NCBI GenBank assembly: GCA_044344255.1 | Contig: JBIJDH010000005.1 | Span: 32,001-96,000 of the forward strand | DNA length: 64,000 nt | Source: Myxococcota bacterium | GTDB lineage: Bacteria > Myxococcota_A > UBA796 > UBA2385 | Direction of reading: 5' to 3' | Shown: piece by piece, positions 9,107 through 17,835 of the stretch | Layout: every line of letters begins with the position of its first letter | Numbering within the stretch: the stretch's first letter is position 1 | Notes under the pieces: generated by a model | Databases searched by the model: none | The model's input: only the letters and a program-made list of their open reading frames with translations | Told to the model about the DNA's origin: nothing | Position numbers and translations under genes: made by a program

Positions 9107-10252
9107 ATGAACCGCCTCTCTCTCCTCTGCGCCGCCGCCCTCGCCCTCGCCTCCAGCTCGGCCTTCGCCGGTCACGCCGGAGAGCGGGTGCCCTTCTCCA
9201 CGGGCTCCGGCCAGTCCCTCGCCGTGCGCGCCGACGGCAGCGTCTGGGGCTTCGGGGCCAACACCAGCGGCGAGCTCGGCGAGCCCGCCTTCGGCTCCTA
9301 CGAGAGCTCCCCCGGGCAGCTCACCTCGCTCAGCGGCGGCACCGCGGTGGCCTCCGGCATGTACTTCGGGATGGTGCTCACGGTGGACGGCCTCGTGCAC
9401 ACCTTCGGCCAGAACACCTATGGCCAGCTCGGCGACGGCACCACCACGAGCCGCACCTCTCCGGTGACCGTGTCGGGGGTCACCGGCGCCACGGCCATCG
9501 CCGCTGGCACCAACCATGCGGTGGTGCTGCTCGACGACGGGACCGCGGTGGCCTTCGGCCAGGGCACGAGCGGGCAGCTCGGCAACGCGGCCAATTCGCA
9601 CTCGAGCTCCGCGGTGGCCGTCTCCGGTCTCATCGACGCCGTCTCCGTCGCCGCCAGCCAGAACGCCTCCTACGCCGTCACCGCGGAGGGGGACCTCTAT
9701 GTTTGGGGCGGCAATGACTACGGCAACCTCGGGCTCGGCAATCACAACGCCAAGAACGTGGCGACCCTGGTGAGCGCCCTCTCCGACGTGCGGCAGGTGA
9801 CCGCCGGCGCCCACCATGTGCTGGCGCTGCTCGCCGATGGCACGGTCTACGCCTGGGGCGGCAACTATTCGGGCCAGGTCGGCAACGGCACGACCACCGC
9901 TGCGCTCAGCCCCGTGCAGGTGGCGGGCCTCTCCAACATCGTGGCGATCGGCGCCGCGGGCACCTCGTCCTACGCCCTCGCCGCGGACGGTGCGGTCTAT
10001 GCCTGGGGTTCGGACGGCTCCGGCCAGCTCTGCAACGGCGGCAGCAACAGCTCGTCCACCTCGCCCACGGTCATCTCGGCGCCCGCCGTCTCGCCGACCT
10101 CCCTCTCGACCGGCGTGAACGCGTCGCACGTCGTGATGGCGCAGGCCGACGGCGCCGCTGTCTCCTGCGGTAACAACTGGTCGGGCCAGCTCGGCCTCGG
10201 GACGATGAACGCGGGCTCCGGCAGCCCGGCCACCGTCGTCCCCAACTGGTAG
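9107..10252 (+). CDS. Secreted RCC1/BLIP-II repeat beta-propeller protein
   Basis: Signal peptide; repeated DG.V.aWG.N..GQLG units; GAGGA SD. Confidence 0.9.
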   Translation: MNRLSLLCAAALALASSSAFAGHAGERVPFSTGSGQSLAVRADGSVWGFGANTSGELGEPAFGSYESSPGQLTSLSGGTAVASGMYFGMVLTVDGLVHTFGQNTYGQLGDGTTTSRTSPVTVSGVTGATAIAAGTNHAVVLLDDGTAVAFGQGTSGQLGNAANSHSSSAVAVSGLIDAVSVAASQNASYAVTAEGDLYVWGGNDYGNLGLGNHNAKNVATLVSALSDVRQVTAGAHHVLALLADGTVYAWGGNYSGQVGNGTTTAALSPVQVAGLSNIVAIGAAGTSSYALAADGAVYAWGSDGSGQLCNGGSNSSSTSPTVISAPAVSPTSLSTGVNASHVVMAQADGAAVSCGNNWSGQLGLGTMNAGSGSPATVVPNW

Positions 10253-10261
10253 GGAGGCCAA

Positions 10262-10289
10262 TCCCCGCCGGCTCAGGCGCCGGCGGGGA
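10262..10289. terminator. GC-rich hairpin at the junction of the convergent RCC1 and histidine kinase genes
   Basis: TCCCCGCCGGC-tcaggc-GCCGGCGGGGA, an 11-bp perfect stem; no U-tract. Confidence 0.4.
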
Positions 10290-11880
10290 GCGGGGGCTCG
10301 CTCGGCAGCCAGAGCACGAACAGCGCCCCGCCGAGCTCCGGGGAGCGGCCCTCCCAGCGGAGGGAGCCCCCGTGGCGCTCGGCGGTGCTGCGGGCGATCG
10401 CGAGGCCGAGGCCGGTGCCCGCCCGCGGTCCGTCCCGGCCGCGCCCGGTGGCGAAGGGCTGGAAGAGGCGGGAGACGATCGGCTCGGGCACCCCCGGCCC
10501 GTCGTCTTCGACGTGCAGCTCGACCCCGCCTGCTTTCTCCGCGAGCTGGAGCCGCACCCGCCCCGGAGCGCCCTCTGCCGCCGGAGGGCGGGCGGCGGCG
10601 AGGCGTGCGTTGTCGATGAGGATGGCGAGGAGCCGCATCACCTGGGAGAGGTCGGCTTGGACCGGGCCGGGAGCGCCCTCCACGGTGACAGCGGGTGGGG
10701 GGTCGAGGGGGAGGGCCCGCTCACACTCCCGGCTCACCAGCTCCGCCGCGGCCTGGAGGTCGATCGGGCGGAGCTGCAGGGGGGCCGGTCGGCCGTACTC
10801 GAGCAGCTCATCGGCGAAGCGGGCGGCCCGATCGACCTGATCGCGGATCTCGTCGATCGCTGGGCTCGGGCCGGTGAGCCGCTCCTGCACCCGGCTGGCC
10901 GCCATGATCACGCCGAGCGGGTTGCGCACCTCGTGGGCCACGGCCGAGGCCAGGGCCCCGAGCTCGGCCAGGCGGACCGCGTGCTCGGAGCGGGCCTCGC
11001 TCTCGGCGAGGGCGCGGACAAGGCCCTCCACGTCGCCCTTCCCGGGCACCAGCCGCCCGGCCAGCCAGCCCCGGAGGCCGCTCAAGAAGGGCTGGCCGAC
11101 GAGCACCAGCAGGAAGAGCAGCACGGCGGTGCTGGCCGCGTCCCAGAGGTCGGCACCGACGGGGTCAGGCCGCTTCACGAGCACGAGCACGGCGGTGAGG
11201 TAGGCCGTGGTGAGCAGGGCGGCGGTCACGGAGTAGCGGAGCGAGCCCTCGACGAAGCGGCCGAAGCTCGGCAGCCGGGTCGACTGCAACACCCAGGCGA
11301 CGAGGGTGAGGCCGCCGAGCACCATATAGAGGCCCGCGGGGGAGGCGTCACCGAGGATCAGCAGCAGGACGTTGAAGCCACCCCCCCAGGTGCTGAGCAG
11401 GCCGCCGAGGAGGAGGTACCGCAGCCGCTCGCGCTCCCCGGGCGCCGCCCCGCGGAGGGCGCGGGCGAGCTCGACCACCGGCCAGAAGGAGAGGGCGCCG
11501 CCCGTGCTGAGCATCAGCGGGAAGAGGGGCCCCGGCACGGTGCCCGCCTCGCGGAGGAAGACCCCGGGTGCGACGGCGCCGACGAGGCTGAAGGCGGTCG
11601 CCAGCCCGTAGAACCCATTGACGAGCCGCCGCTCGCCGCCGCGGCCGGTGCCCTCGCGGACCGCGTGCAGCAGGCCCGCGGGCACGAAGAAGCCGAGCAT
11701 CAACAGGCGCTCTCCTGTCGCGGCGGTGGCAGGGAGCAGCGTGAGCAGCACGCTCGTCGCCCAGCCGACGAGGCCGAAGCAGAAGGCCGCGAGGGCGGGC
11801 AGCCGCCGGAGGGCGCGGAGCCCGAGCGTGAGGGAGACGCCGATGATCGGCAGCAGGGCGGCGAGGGCGGCGGAGCTCAT
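10273..11880 (-). CDS. Multi-TM sensor histidine kinase (no adjacent response regulator)
   Basis: About 7-8 TM segments, H-box AHEVRNPLG, N-box IDNA, DDGPG, FQPFATG, GTGLGL. Confidence 0.92.
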   Translation of the reverse strand: MSSAALAALLPIIGVSLTLGLRALRRLPALAAFCFGLVGWATSVLLTLLPATAATGERLLMLGFFVPAGLLHAVREGTGRGGERRLVNGFYGLATAFSLVGAVAPGVFLREAGTVPGPLFPLMLSTGGALSFWPVVELARALRGAAPGERERLRYLLLGGLLSTWGGGFNVLLLILGDASPAGLYMVLGGLTLVAWVLQSTRLPSFGRFVEGSLRYSVTAALLTTAYLTAVLVLVKRPDPVGADLWDAASTAVLLFLLVLVGQPFLSGLRGWLAGRLVPGKGDVEGLVRALAESEARSEHAVRLAELGALASAVAHEVRNPLGVIMAASRVQERLTGPSPAIDEIRDQVDRAARFADELLEYGRPAPLQLRPIDLQAAAELVSRECERALPLDPPPAVTVEGAPGPVQADLSQVMRLLAILIDNARLAAARPPAAEGAPGRVRLQLAEKAGGVELHVEDDGPGVPEPIVSRLFQPFATGRGRDGPRAGTGLGLAIARSTAERHGGSLRWEGRSPELGGALFVLWLPSEPPLPAGA

Positions 11881-11887
11881 CGCCAGA

Positions 11888-11935
11888 GTCTATCGACCTC
11901 GGGGTCTATCGACCTCGGGGTCTATCGACCTCGGG
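11888..11935. repeat. Three perfect 16-bp tandem repeats (GTCTATCGACCTCGGG) in the histidine kinase promoter
   Basis: Units at 11888-11903, 11904-11919 and 11920-11935. Confidence 0.95.
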
Positions 11936-11962
11936 CCGAGGCGCTCCGAGGGGGGCCGCGGG

Positions 11963-13162
11963 TCACCTCAAGCGGGTGAGGCAGGCCTGATAGCGCTTCT
12001 CCACGTTCTCGGCGAACCAGGCGGTGGTCTTCTTGCCCTGCAGCTTCGGGGAGTCGAGGGTGACGTCCGGCAGGCGGGCGTAGGCGGGGCTCCGCTTCGT
12101 CTTGGCCTTGTAGGCCTTGCGCACGGCGGCCCAGGTGGCGGTCTCCTCGAAGGCGCGGTCCTTCTCGAGGTCGAGGTCGCGAGAGATCTGCTCGACCGTC
12201 AGGCCGAGGCGCGCGGACAGGCTGATCAAGGCGCGCTCGGTCTGACCTGCGGTCTCGGCGCGACGGCCACCCTCGGTGTAACGGACGAGGTCGCCGTCGA
12301 GGGTGAGCGGGAGCCCGGTGATGGCGGCGACCTGCTCCTGAAACGCAGCGTTACGACTCGAATACAGGCCCGCGTTGTAGTCGGCGAAGCGGTACTTCGT
12401 CTTGTCGTAGCCGGCCTCCCAGCCGAGCAGCCGGGCGGTGCCGTAGTGCAGGCAGCCGCCTCGGGTGTAGAGGGCGTCCCGCACGGATTCGCTGCGCTGA
12501 TCGTGGGCCTCTCGGGCATGGTCCTCCGCGAAGTCCACCTTGACCTGCATGCAGCCGGCGGTGGTGATCGGGTTCATCGCGCCCACGTCGTAGCCAGCGA
12601 TCGAGGCCGCCTTCTCGGCGAGCTGGGTGGCGACGGGGGCCTCGTCGCGCACCCAGGAGACGAAGTCGCGGTAGGTGCGGTCGAGGTCTTGCTCGGTGCG
12701 GGCGGCGTGCAGGCGGTCGTTCCAGCTCTTTGACTGACCGGCGGGCCGGGTGTCGAGCATCTTCTGGACCCCGAAGGCCATGGCCTCCCCCTTCACCCCG
12801 CCGAGCTCGGCTTGTTTCTCGGCGATCCAGGCGTCTACCATCCGACCGATGCCGGGGACGACGGGGTCTGGGGCGTAGCCGCTCTCCTGCTCGACGATCG
12901 CGACGGCGGCGCAGACGTTGCCCACGGTGGGCGGGATGTGGTCGAAGGCGAGGGCCACGGAGAGGTCAGCGGCCCAGCCCTGGCGGGCCTTCACGCGGTC
13001 GGCGGGGAAGGCCAGGGCCATCCGCTCCACCGTCAGCGTCCGCTGCTCCAAGGGCACCGGGGGCGGCGCGGCCTTGGGCGGGAGCTCGGCCGGGGCGGCC
13101 GTCTCTGGGCTCTTCTTGGGGCAGCCGAGCAGGAGCAGCCCGACCCACGGCGCGAGGCGCAA
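11963..13162 (-). CDS. DUF1615 (YaiW-like) lipoprotein
   Basis: Lipobox LLGC; AIVEQESGY.PDPVVPG, NPITTAGCMQV, FADYNAGLYSSRNAAFQ, TTAWFA motifs. Confidence 0.8.
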   Translation of the reverse strand: MRLAPWVGLLLLGCPKKSPETAAPAELPPKAAPPPVPLEQRTLTVERMALAFPADRVKARQGWAADLSVALAFDHIPPTVGNVCAAVAIVEQESGYAPDPVVPGIGRMVDAWIAEKQAELGGVKGEAMAFGVQKMLDTRPAGQSKSWNDRLHAARTEQDLDRTYRDFVSWVRDEAPVATQLAEKAASIAGYDVGAMNPITTAGCMQVKVDFAEDHAREAHDQRSESVRDALYTRGGCLHYGTARLLGWEAGYDKTKYRFADYNAGLYSSRNAAFQEQVAAITGLPLTLDGDLVRYTEGGRRAETAGQTERALISLSARLGLTVEQISRDLDLEKDRAFEETATWAAVRKAYKAKTKRSPAYARLPDVTLDSPKLQGKKTTAWFAENVEKRYQACLTRLR

Positions 13163-13173
13163 GGGCGGCGGCC

Positions 13174-14475
13174 TCAGAGGTCGCGCAGGGGCTCGTCGAG
13201 CCGCCAGAGCTCTCGCCGCTCCCGCAGCGGGGCCCCGATCCGCTTCGCGAAGGCCTGGACCAGCTCGTGGTTGAAGTCGGTGATGGAGTCGACGTTCCAG
13301 TGGCTGAGCAGCCCGCCCGTGTACCAGACCCCCTTGTCTCCTTGAGCCTCGGCGATGAAGCGCGGGAGGTCGGCCTTGAGCTGCGCGGGGGAGTAACGTA
13401 TGTTATACCGCCATAATCTGTCGATCTTGATCTCGATCTCCTTGAGGCCGACGATGCGGGCGGCGTCGTCGATCATCCGCTGCCGGTGCCCCTCGAGGGA
13501 GAGGCCGCGCTCGGCGTAGGCGCAGAGCTGCCCCACGGAGCGCGTGCCGTCGCCGCCGTTTCGGCGGATGGTGAGCAGGCGGCCGCGCGCGTTGGTGCTG
13601 CAGGCGGGCAGGTAACAGCGGCTCGCCGCAAATTTGGGCCAGCTCCGCGCCCGCCACACCGCGCTGTACACGCGCGAGGCCTCGAAGGGGCCGAATCGGT
13701 CGCGGAGGGGGGCGGACAGGGGGCTCTCGAGGGCGTCGAGCGGGCAGGCGATGAAGACGTGGTCGAAGGGCCCCTGGTCAACCGGCGCGTCCAGCGTCCA
13801 GCCGCTCGGGCCGCGCTGGAGGCCCTTGATCGTCGTGTTGAGGTGAATCTTCGCCTGGGAGCGCTCGGCGAGGCGTCGCCAGAGGGTCTCGAAGCCGGCC
13901 GGGATGTGCGCGGTGCGGCCCAGCTCACCCGTATAGAAGAGGGAGGGGCGCATCCAGGTCAGCGCGTTGTGGGCCGTGACCGCGGGGATCGGGCCGTAGA
14001 GCTGCGCGGTCAGGCCGGCGGCGAAGGAGAAGGACTCCACCAGCGCTCCGAGGCCGCGCTCGCGGAGCCAGGCGTCGAAGCGCTGGTGGTTGGCGGCGTC
14101 CGAGGGCAGCTCCATCTGGCCCGAGCGGTGCCAACGCCACCACTCGGCGACGAACTTCACCATCAGCCCGGGGTCAGGGGAGGGGTGCTCCACCTCTCGC
14201 CCCGCATCATCGAGCATGGTCGCTTTTGGCAAGACCTCGGCCGGGCAGCCGACCTCGGCGGCGAGGTCGCGCACGATTCGGTAGCCGGCCGTGAGGTAGG
14301 CGGTGCCGAGCTCTACCTTCACGTCATCGACGATGTAGGTCTGGCTCTGCCCGCCCACCTCACCGGAGGCCTCGAAGAGCTCGACCGAGAGGTGCGAGAG
14401 CGGGCGGAGCTGCGCCGCGAGGGTGACGCCGGCGGGGCCGGCGCCGATGATGGCCACACGGAGGTCTTGGGTCAT
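13174..14475 (-). CDS. FAD-dependent oxidoreductase (amine oxidase / fatty-acid isomerase-like fold)
   Basis: IIGAGPAG dinucleotide motif, FEAS.EVGG, ELGTAY, C-terminal QG..GVWYTGG. Confidence 0.8.
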   Translation of the reverse strand: MTQDLRVAIIGAGPAGVTLAAQLRPLSHLSVELFEASGEVGGQSQTYIVDDVKVELGTAYLTAGYRIVRDLAAEVGCPAEVLPKATMLDDAGREVEHPSPDPGLMVKFVAEWWRWHRSGQMELPSDAANHQRFDAWLRERGLGALVESFSFAAGLTAQLYGPIPAVTAHNALTWMRPSLFYTGELGRTAHIPAGFETLWRRLAERSQAKIHLNTTIKGLQRGPSGWTLDAPVDQGPFDHVFIACPLDALESPLSAPLRDRFGPFEASRVYSAVWRARSWPKFAASRCYLPACSTNARGRLLTIRRNGGDGTRSVGQLCAYAERGLSLEGHRQRMIDDAARIVGLKEIEIKIDRLWRYNIRYSPAQLKADLPRFIAEAQGDKGVWYTGGLLSHWNVDSITDFNHELVQAFAKRIGAPLRERRELWRLDEPLRDL

Positions 14476-14509
14476 GCGTCGGCTTAACGTGGCGGGCTAT
14501 GGTGCCGCG

Positions 14510-14932
14510 ATGGACTTTCTGCGGCGCTTCACCCTCTTCTTGGCCCTGTCGCTCTGCCCCTCCGGCTGCGCGCGGCCGGTGTACCAGTCCGGCAAGGCGA
14601 GCTGGTACGGGCGCGCGCTGGCGGGTCGGTCGATGGCCAACGGGGACCCCTTCCGGCCCTGGCGCCGCACCGCCGCCCACAAGAGTCTCCCCTTCGGCAC
14701 CGTCGTCCGGGTGACCCGCAGCGACACGGGACAGAGCGTGCGGGTCGTGATCACCGACCGGGGGCCCTATGCGAAGGGGCGCGTGATCGACCTCGCCCGC
14801 CGCCCGGCGCGACGCATCGGGATGCTCGACGCCGGCGTAGTCCCCGTCGAGCTGCGGGTGGTCGGCTGTCGGGAGCGGCGGGGGCCCTGCGATCGCGACA
14901 CGTCCGGGCTATGGCGGGCCCCCGGGGGGTGA
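14510..14932 (+). CDS. rlpA: Septal ring lytic transglycosylase RlpA-family lipoprotein
   Basis: GKASWYG, ANG, TAAHKSLPFGT.VRVT, VVITDRGPY..GRVIDL. Confidence 0.88.
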   Translation: MDFLRRFTLFLALSLCPSGCARPVYQSGKASWYGRALAGRSMANGDPFRPWRRTAAHKSLPFGTVVRVTRSDTGQSVRVVITDRGPYAKGRVIDLARRPARRIGMLDAGVVPVELRVVGCRERRGPCDRDTSGLWRAPGG

Positions 14933-14934
14933 GG

Positions 14935-16134
14935 ATGGAGCTCTGGAGCGCGGCGCAGCAGGGGTGGGGGCACACGAACTCTCGCGCCGCGATGGTGCTC
15001 GTCGCCTCGCTCGTCCTCGCGGGGTTGATCGATCTGCTCTTCGTGCGGATGCTCGCCTCGCTGAGCCGCCGCACCGCCAACCGGCTCGACGACGCGCTGG
15101 TGCTCGTGCTCTCGCGGCCGCTGGCGGTGACGGTGGCCTTGGGCGGTGCCTGGTACGCCGCCTCTTCCCTCCTCCCGGTTGATCCGCTCCTCTCCGCGCT
15201 CCGCGGGATGTTGGCCTCGGGCGCTGTCTTCTTGTGGGTTCGGGCGGGCTTCCTGGCGGTCCGGGCTCTGCTGGCGCATTGGGGCACGGGTCACCCGGGG
15301 GGCACGCCGGTCCACCCGCGCACGCTCCCCTTGCTGGACGTGCTCGGCAAGACGGTGTTGATCGCCGGCGGCCTATACTTCTTGTTGCTCGCCTGGGGGA
15401 TCGACGTCACCGCCTGGCTGGCCTCGGCCGGCATGTTGAGCCTCGCCTTCGGCTTCGCGGCCAAGGACTCGCTGGCGAACCTGTTCGCCGGGATCTTCAT
15501 CCTCGCGGACGCCCCGTACAAGATCGGCGACATGCTGTACCTCGACGACGGCACCCGAGGGAAGGTCACCGAGGTGGGCCTCCGCAGCACGCGGATGATC
15601 ACGCGGGACGACATCGAGATCAACATCCCCAACTCGCTGATGGCCTCGGCCCGCATCGTCAACGAGAGCGGCGGCCCCCTCACCCGCGAGCGGGTGCGCT
15701 GCCCCGTGCCGGTGGCCTATGGCTGTGATGTCGACCACGTCCGCGCCGCGCTCATCGACGCCGCTCGGCATGTAGAGGGCGTCGTGATCGACGACCCCGA
15801 GGTAGAGCCGAGGATGCGGTTCCGCGCCTTCGGCGAGGCCGGCTTCAGCCTCGAGGTGCTGGTCTGGATCCGCGATCCGGCGGACCGCGGGATCATGGTG
15901 GACCGCCTCATCGTGGCGCTCTACCAGCGGATGCAGGTCGAGGGCATCGAGGTCGGCGTGCCCGTGCGCTTGATCCGCAACCTTCAAGGTCCAGGGGTCG
16001 ATCCCCCGACGGGGGGTGCGCCGGTGTCGCCCACCCTGGGGCCGAGGCCCGCCCGAGCGGCCGGCCCCTCGGTGGGTGAGGGGGCGCCCGACGACCCCGA
16101 GCGCTCCGTGCCAGAGGGTGACCCAGTTCGGTGA
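14935..16134 (+). CDS. Small-conductance mechanosensitive channel (MscS family)
   Basis: TM helices, AFGFAAKDSLANLFAG, PYKIGD, GKVTEVGLRST, IPNS. Confidence 0.9.
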   Translation: MELWSAAQQGWGHTNSRAAMVLVASLVLAGLIDLLFVRMLASLSRRTANRLDDALVLVLSRPLAVTVALGGAWYAASSLLPVDPLLSALRGMLASGAVFLWVRAGFLAVRALLAHWGTGHPGGTPVHPRTLPLLDVLGKTVLIAGGLYFLLLAWGIDVTAWLASAGMLSLAFGFAAKDSLANLFAGIFILADAPYKIGDMLYLDDGTRGKVTEVGLRSTRMITRDDIEINIPNSLMASARIVNESGGPLTRERVRCPVPVAYGCDVDHVRAALIDAARHVEGVVIDDPEVEPRMRFRAFGEAGFSLEVLVWIRDPADRGIMVDRLIVALYQRMQVEGIEVGVPVRLIRNLQGPGVDPPTGGAPVSPTLGPRPARAAGPSVGEGAPDDPERSVPEGDPVR

Positions 16135-16194
16135 CCCAATTCAATGAAGTCGGGTTAGCCCGAGGCCTCGGAGGTTGAACCCCCGGAGGTTGAA

Positions 16195-16671
16195 GTGGGA
16201 GAGGCCGCCCCGGTCGATGCGCTGGAGGCCCTCCAGCTCCGGCTGGACCGTCACATCGAGCAGAAGGGCCTGAAGTTCACCCGCCAGCGGCAGGTGATCC
16301 TCGAGACCTTCGTGGAGCTTGGGGGGCACGCGGCCGTCGATGAGCTCCTCTCCCGGGTCCAGGTGCGGATGCCGGGCGTCGGCCACGCCACCATCTACCG
16401 GACGATGAAGCTCTTCACCGAGGCCGGCGTGGCGCATGAGCGCCGCTTCGACGACGGTCAGACCCGCTACGAGCCCGTCGTGGTGGGTCATGACCACCAC
16501 GACCACCTGATCTGCCGAACCTGCGGGCACATCTTCGAGTTCGACGAGCCGGAGATCGAGCGCCTGCAGTGTGAGGTGGCGGCCCGTCACGGCCTGCGGA
16601 TCGTCGCGCATCGCCACGACATCTGGGGGGAGTGCACCCTCGGGCCCACCTGCCCGCACAAGGCGGGCTGA
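16195..16671 (+). CDS. Fur-family metalloregulator
   Basis: TRQRQVIL, ATIYRTM, HHDHLICRTCG, C-terminal GEC; GGAGG SD before the GTG. Confidence 0.9.
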   Translation: MGEAAPVDALEALQLRLDRHIEQKGLKFTRQRQVILETFVELGGHAAVDELLSRVQVRMPGVGHATIYRTMKLFTEAGVAHERRFDDGQTRYEPVVVGHDHHDHLICRTCGHIFEFDEPEIERLQCEVAARHGLRIVAHRHDIWGECTLGPTCPHKAG

Positions 16672-16676
16672 GGGCC

Positions 16677-16710
16677 GGGGAGCGGGGAGCGGGGGAGCGG
16701 GGGAGCGGGG
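16677..16710 (+). repeat. (G4-5 AGC)n tandem repeat, potential G-quadruplex
   Basis: Five G4-G5 tracts separated by AGC. Confidence 0.7.
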
Positions 16711-16829
16711 CATCGTCCGCTCGAGTGGACAGCACGCAGGCGCGGGGCGTCCAGGCGGGGAGACGCGCCGGAGAGCCCGGGCCGGACGAGATGACCGTAT
16801 AACCATGGTAATCCACCGCCGGTGGACGC

Positions 16830-16845
16830 TGGCACGTCGGGTGCT
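16830..16845 (+). promoter_or_regulatory. sigma54 (-24/-12) promoter upstream of the L-domain lipoprotein
   Basis: TGGCACG-TCGG-GTGCT with GG-N10-GC spacing; perfect inverted repeat TCCACCG-C-CGGTGGA at 16812-16826 just upstream. Confidence 0.7.
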
Positions 16846-16871
16846 TGGGTGAGGCCCAGGAGGTCGTCATC

Positions 16872-17810
16872 ATGCGCCGCTCGACTTGGTTTGTCTTTGT
16901 CTCCGGGGTTTCGACGTGGCTCGGCGGATGCTCGATCGAGGACCTCCCCTTTTTCCCTTCGCTGCCGGAGCCCGACGACTCGGTCGAGGGCAGCGTGGTC
17001 GATGGCGGGGTCTACCTGCCACCCGAAGAGCCCGTCGTGGAGCTGGGAGAGGCTGACACCGACGACGCCGGCGACACCGGGGCCGAGGTGGAGGAGCCGG
17101 CCCTCGACGCGGATTATCCGGGTGATCTCGTGCTCAGCTCCGAGGGTGACATCGAGGCCTTCTGCGATGACTTCGTCGGCGTCGAGGGGGACCTCACGCT
17201 CACGGGCGACGCCCTCGTGTCGCTGCTCGGGCTCTCTTGCCTCGAGCGGATCGGCGGCGACCTGCGGGTGGAGTCGGCGCCGGCCCTCACGACCCTCCGG
17301 GGCCTCGAGGGGCTGCAGGGCCTCGACGGGTCGCTCACCATCCGGGACACGGTGGCGCTCACCGACCTCGACGGGCTCGGAGGCATCGTGCGGGTGAACG
17401 GTGATCTGGTCCTCGACTGGAACACCGCCCTCACGTCGCTCGAGGGCCTCTCCTCCCTGCAGATCGTCGGGGGCTCGCTGGAGCTGGGTCGCCTCCGCTA
17501 CGTGAGAGAGCTCTCCGGCCTCCGCTCGCTCAGCGGTGTGGGAGGAGACCTCGTCCTCGGCTCCCTCAACCGCCTCGAAGACCTGGACGGCCTCTCTGCG
17601 CTCAACCTGGTGGAGGGATCGCTGCTCATCGACGACAACGCGCAGCTCCAGCGGGTGGATGGGCTGTCGGGCATCGGCGGACTGGGGGGCGACCTTTCGA
17701 TCACTTTCAACCCCTGGTTGCCCACGAGCGAGGCGACTGCGCTGCGTGATAACATCGGCGTAGAGAACATCGCGGGCAGCGTCACCATCACGGGCAACGC
17801 CGAAGGGTGA
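16872..17810 (+). CDS. Receptor L-domain-like leucine-rich repeat lipoprotein
   Basis: Lipobox LGGC; repeats L..L.GL..L..vgG.L.i..N..L. Confidence 0.8.
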   Translation: MRRSTWFVFVSGVSTWLGGCSIEDLPFFPSLPEPDDSVEGSVVDGGVYLPPEEPVVELGEADTDDAGDTGAEVEEPALDADYPGDLVLSSEGDIEAFCDDFVGVEGDLTLTGDALVSLLGLSCLERIGGDLRVESAPALTTLRGLEGLQGLDGSLTIRDTVALTDLDGLGGIVRVNGDLVLDWNTALTSLEGLSSLQIVGGSLELGRLRYVRELSGLRSLSGVGGDLVLGSLNRLEDLDGLSALNLVEGSLLIDDNAQLQRVDGLSGIGGLGGDLSITFNPWLPTSEATALRDNIGVENIAGSVTITGNAEG

Positions 17811-17835
17811 CCGCTCCGCCTCTCCGGGGCTCCTC

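Noticed and set aside
11888..11935. Possible CRISPR array (also 52282-52375 and 32240-32303)
   Set aside because: Units are directly tandem with no unique spacers, are too short, and no cas genes are present.
16144..16194. Upstream ATG extending fur via TAG readthrough
   Set aside because: A GTG with a good GGAGG SD at 16195 gives a full-length Fur; no need to invoke recoding.
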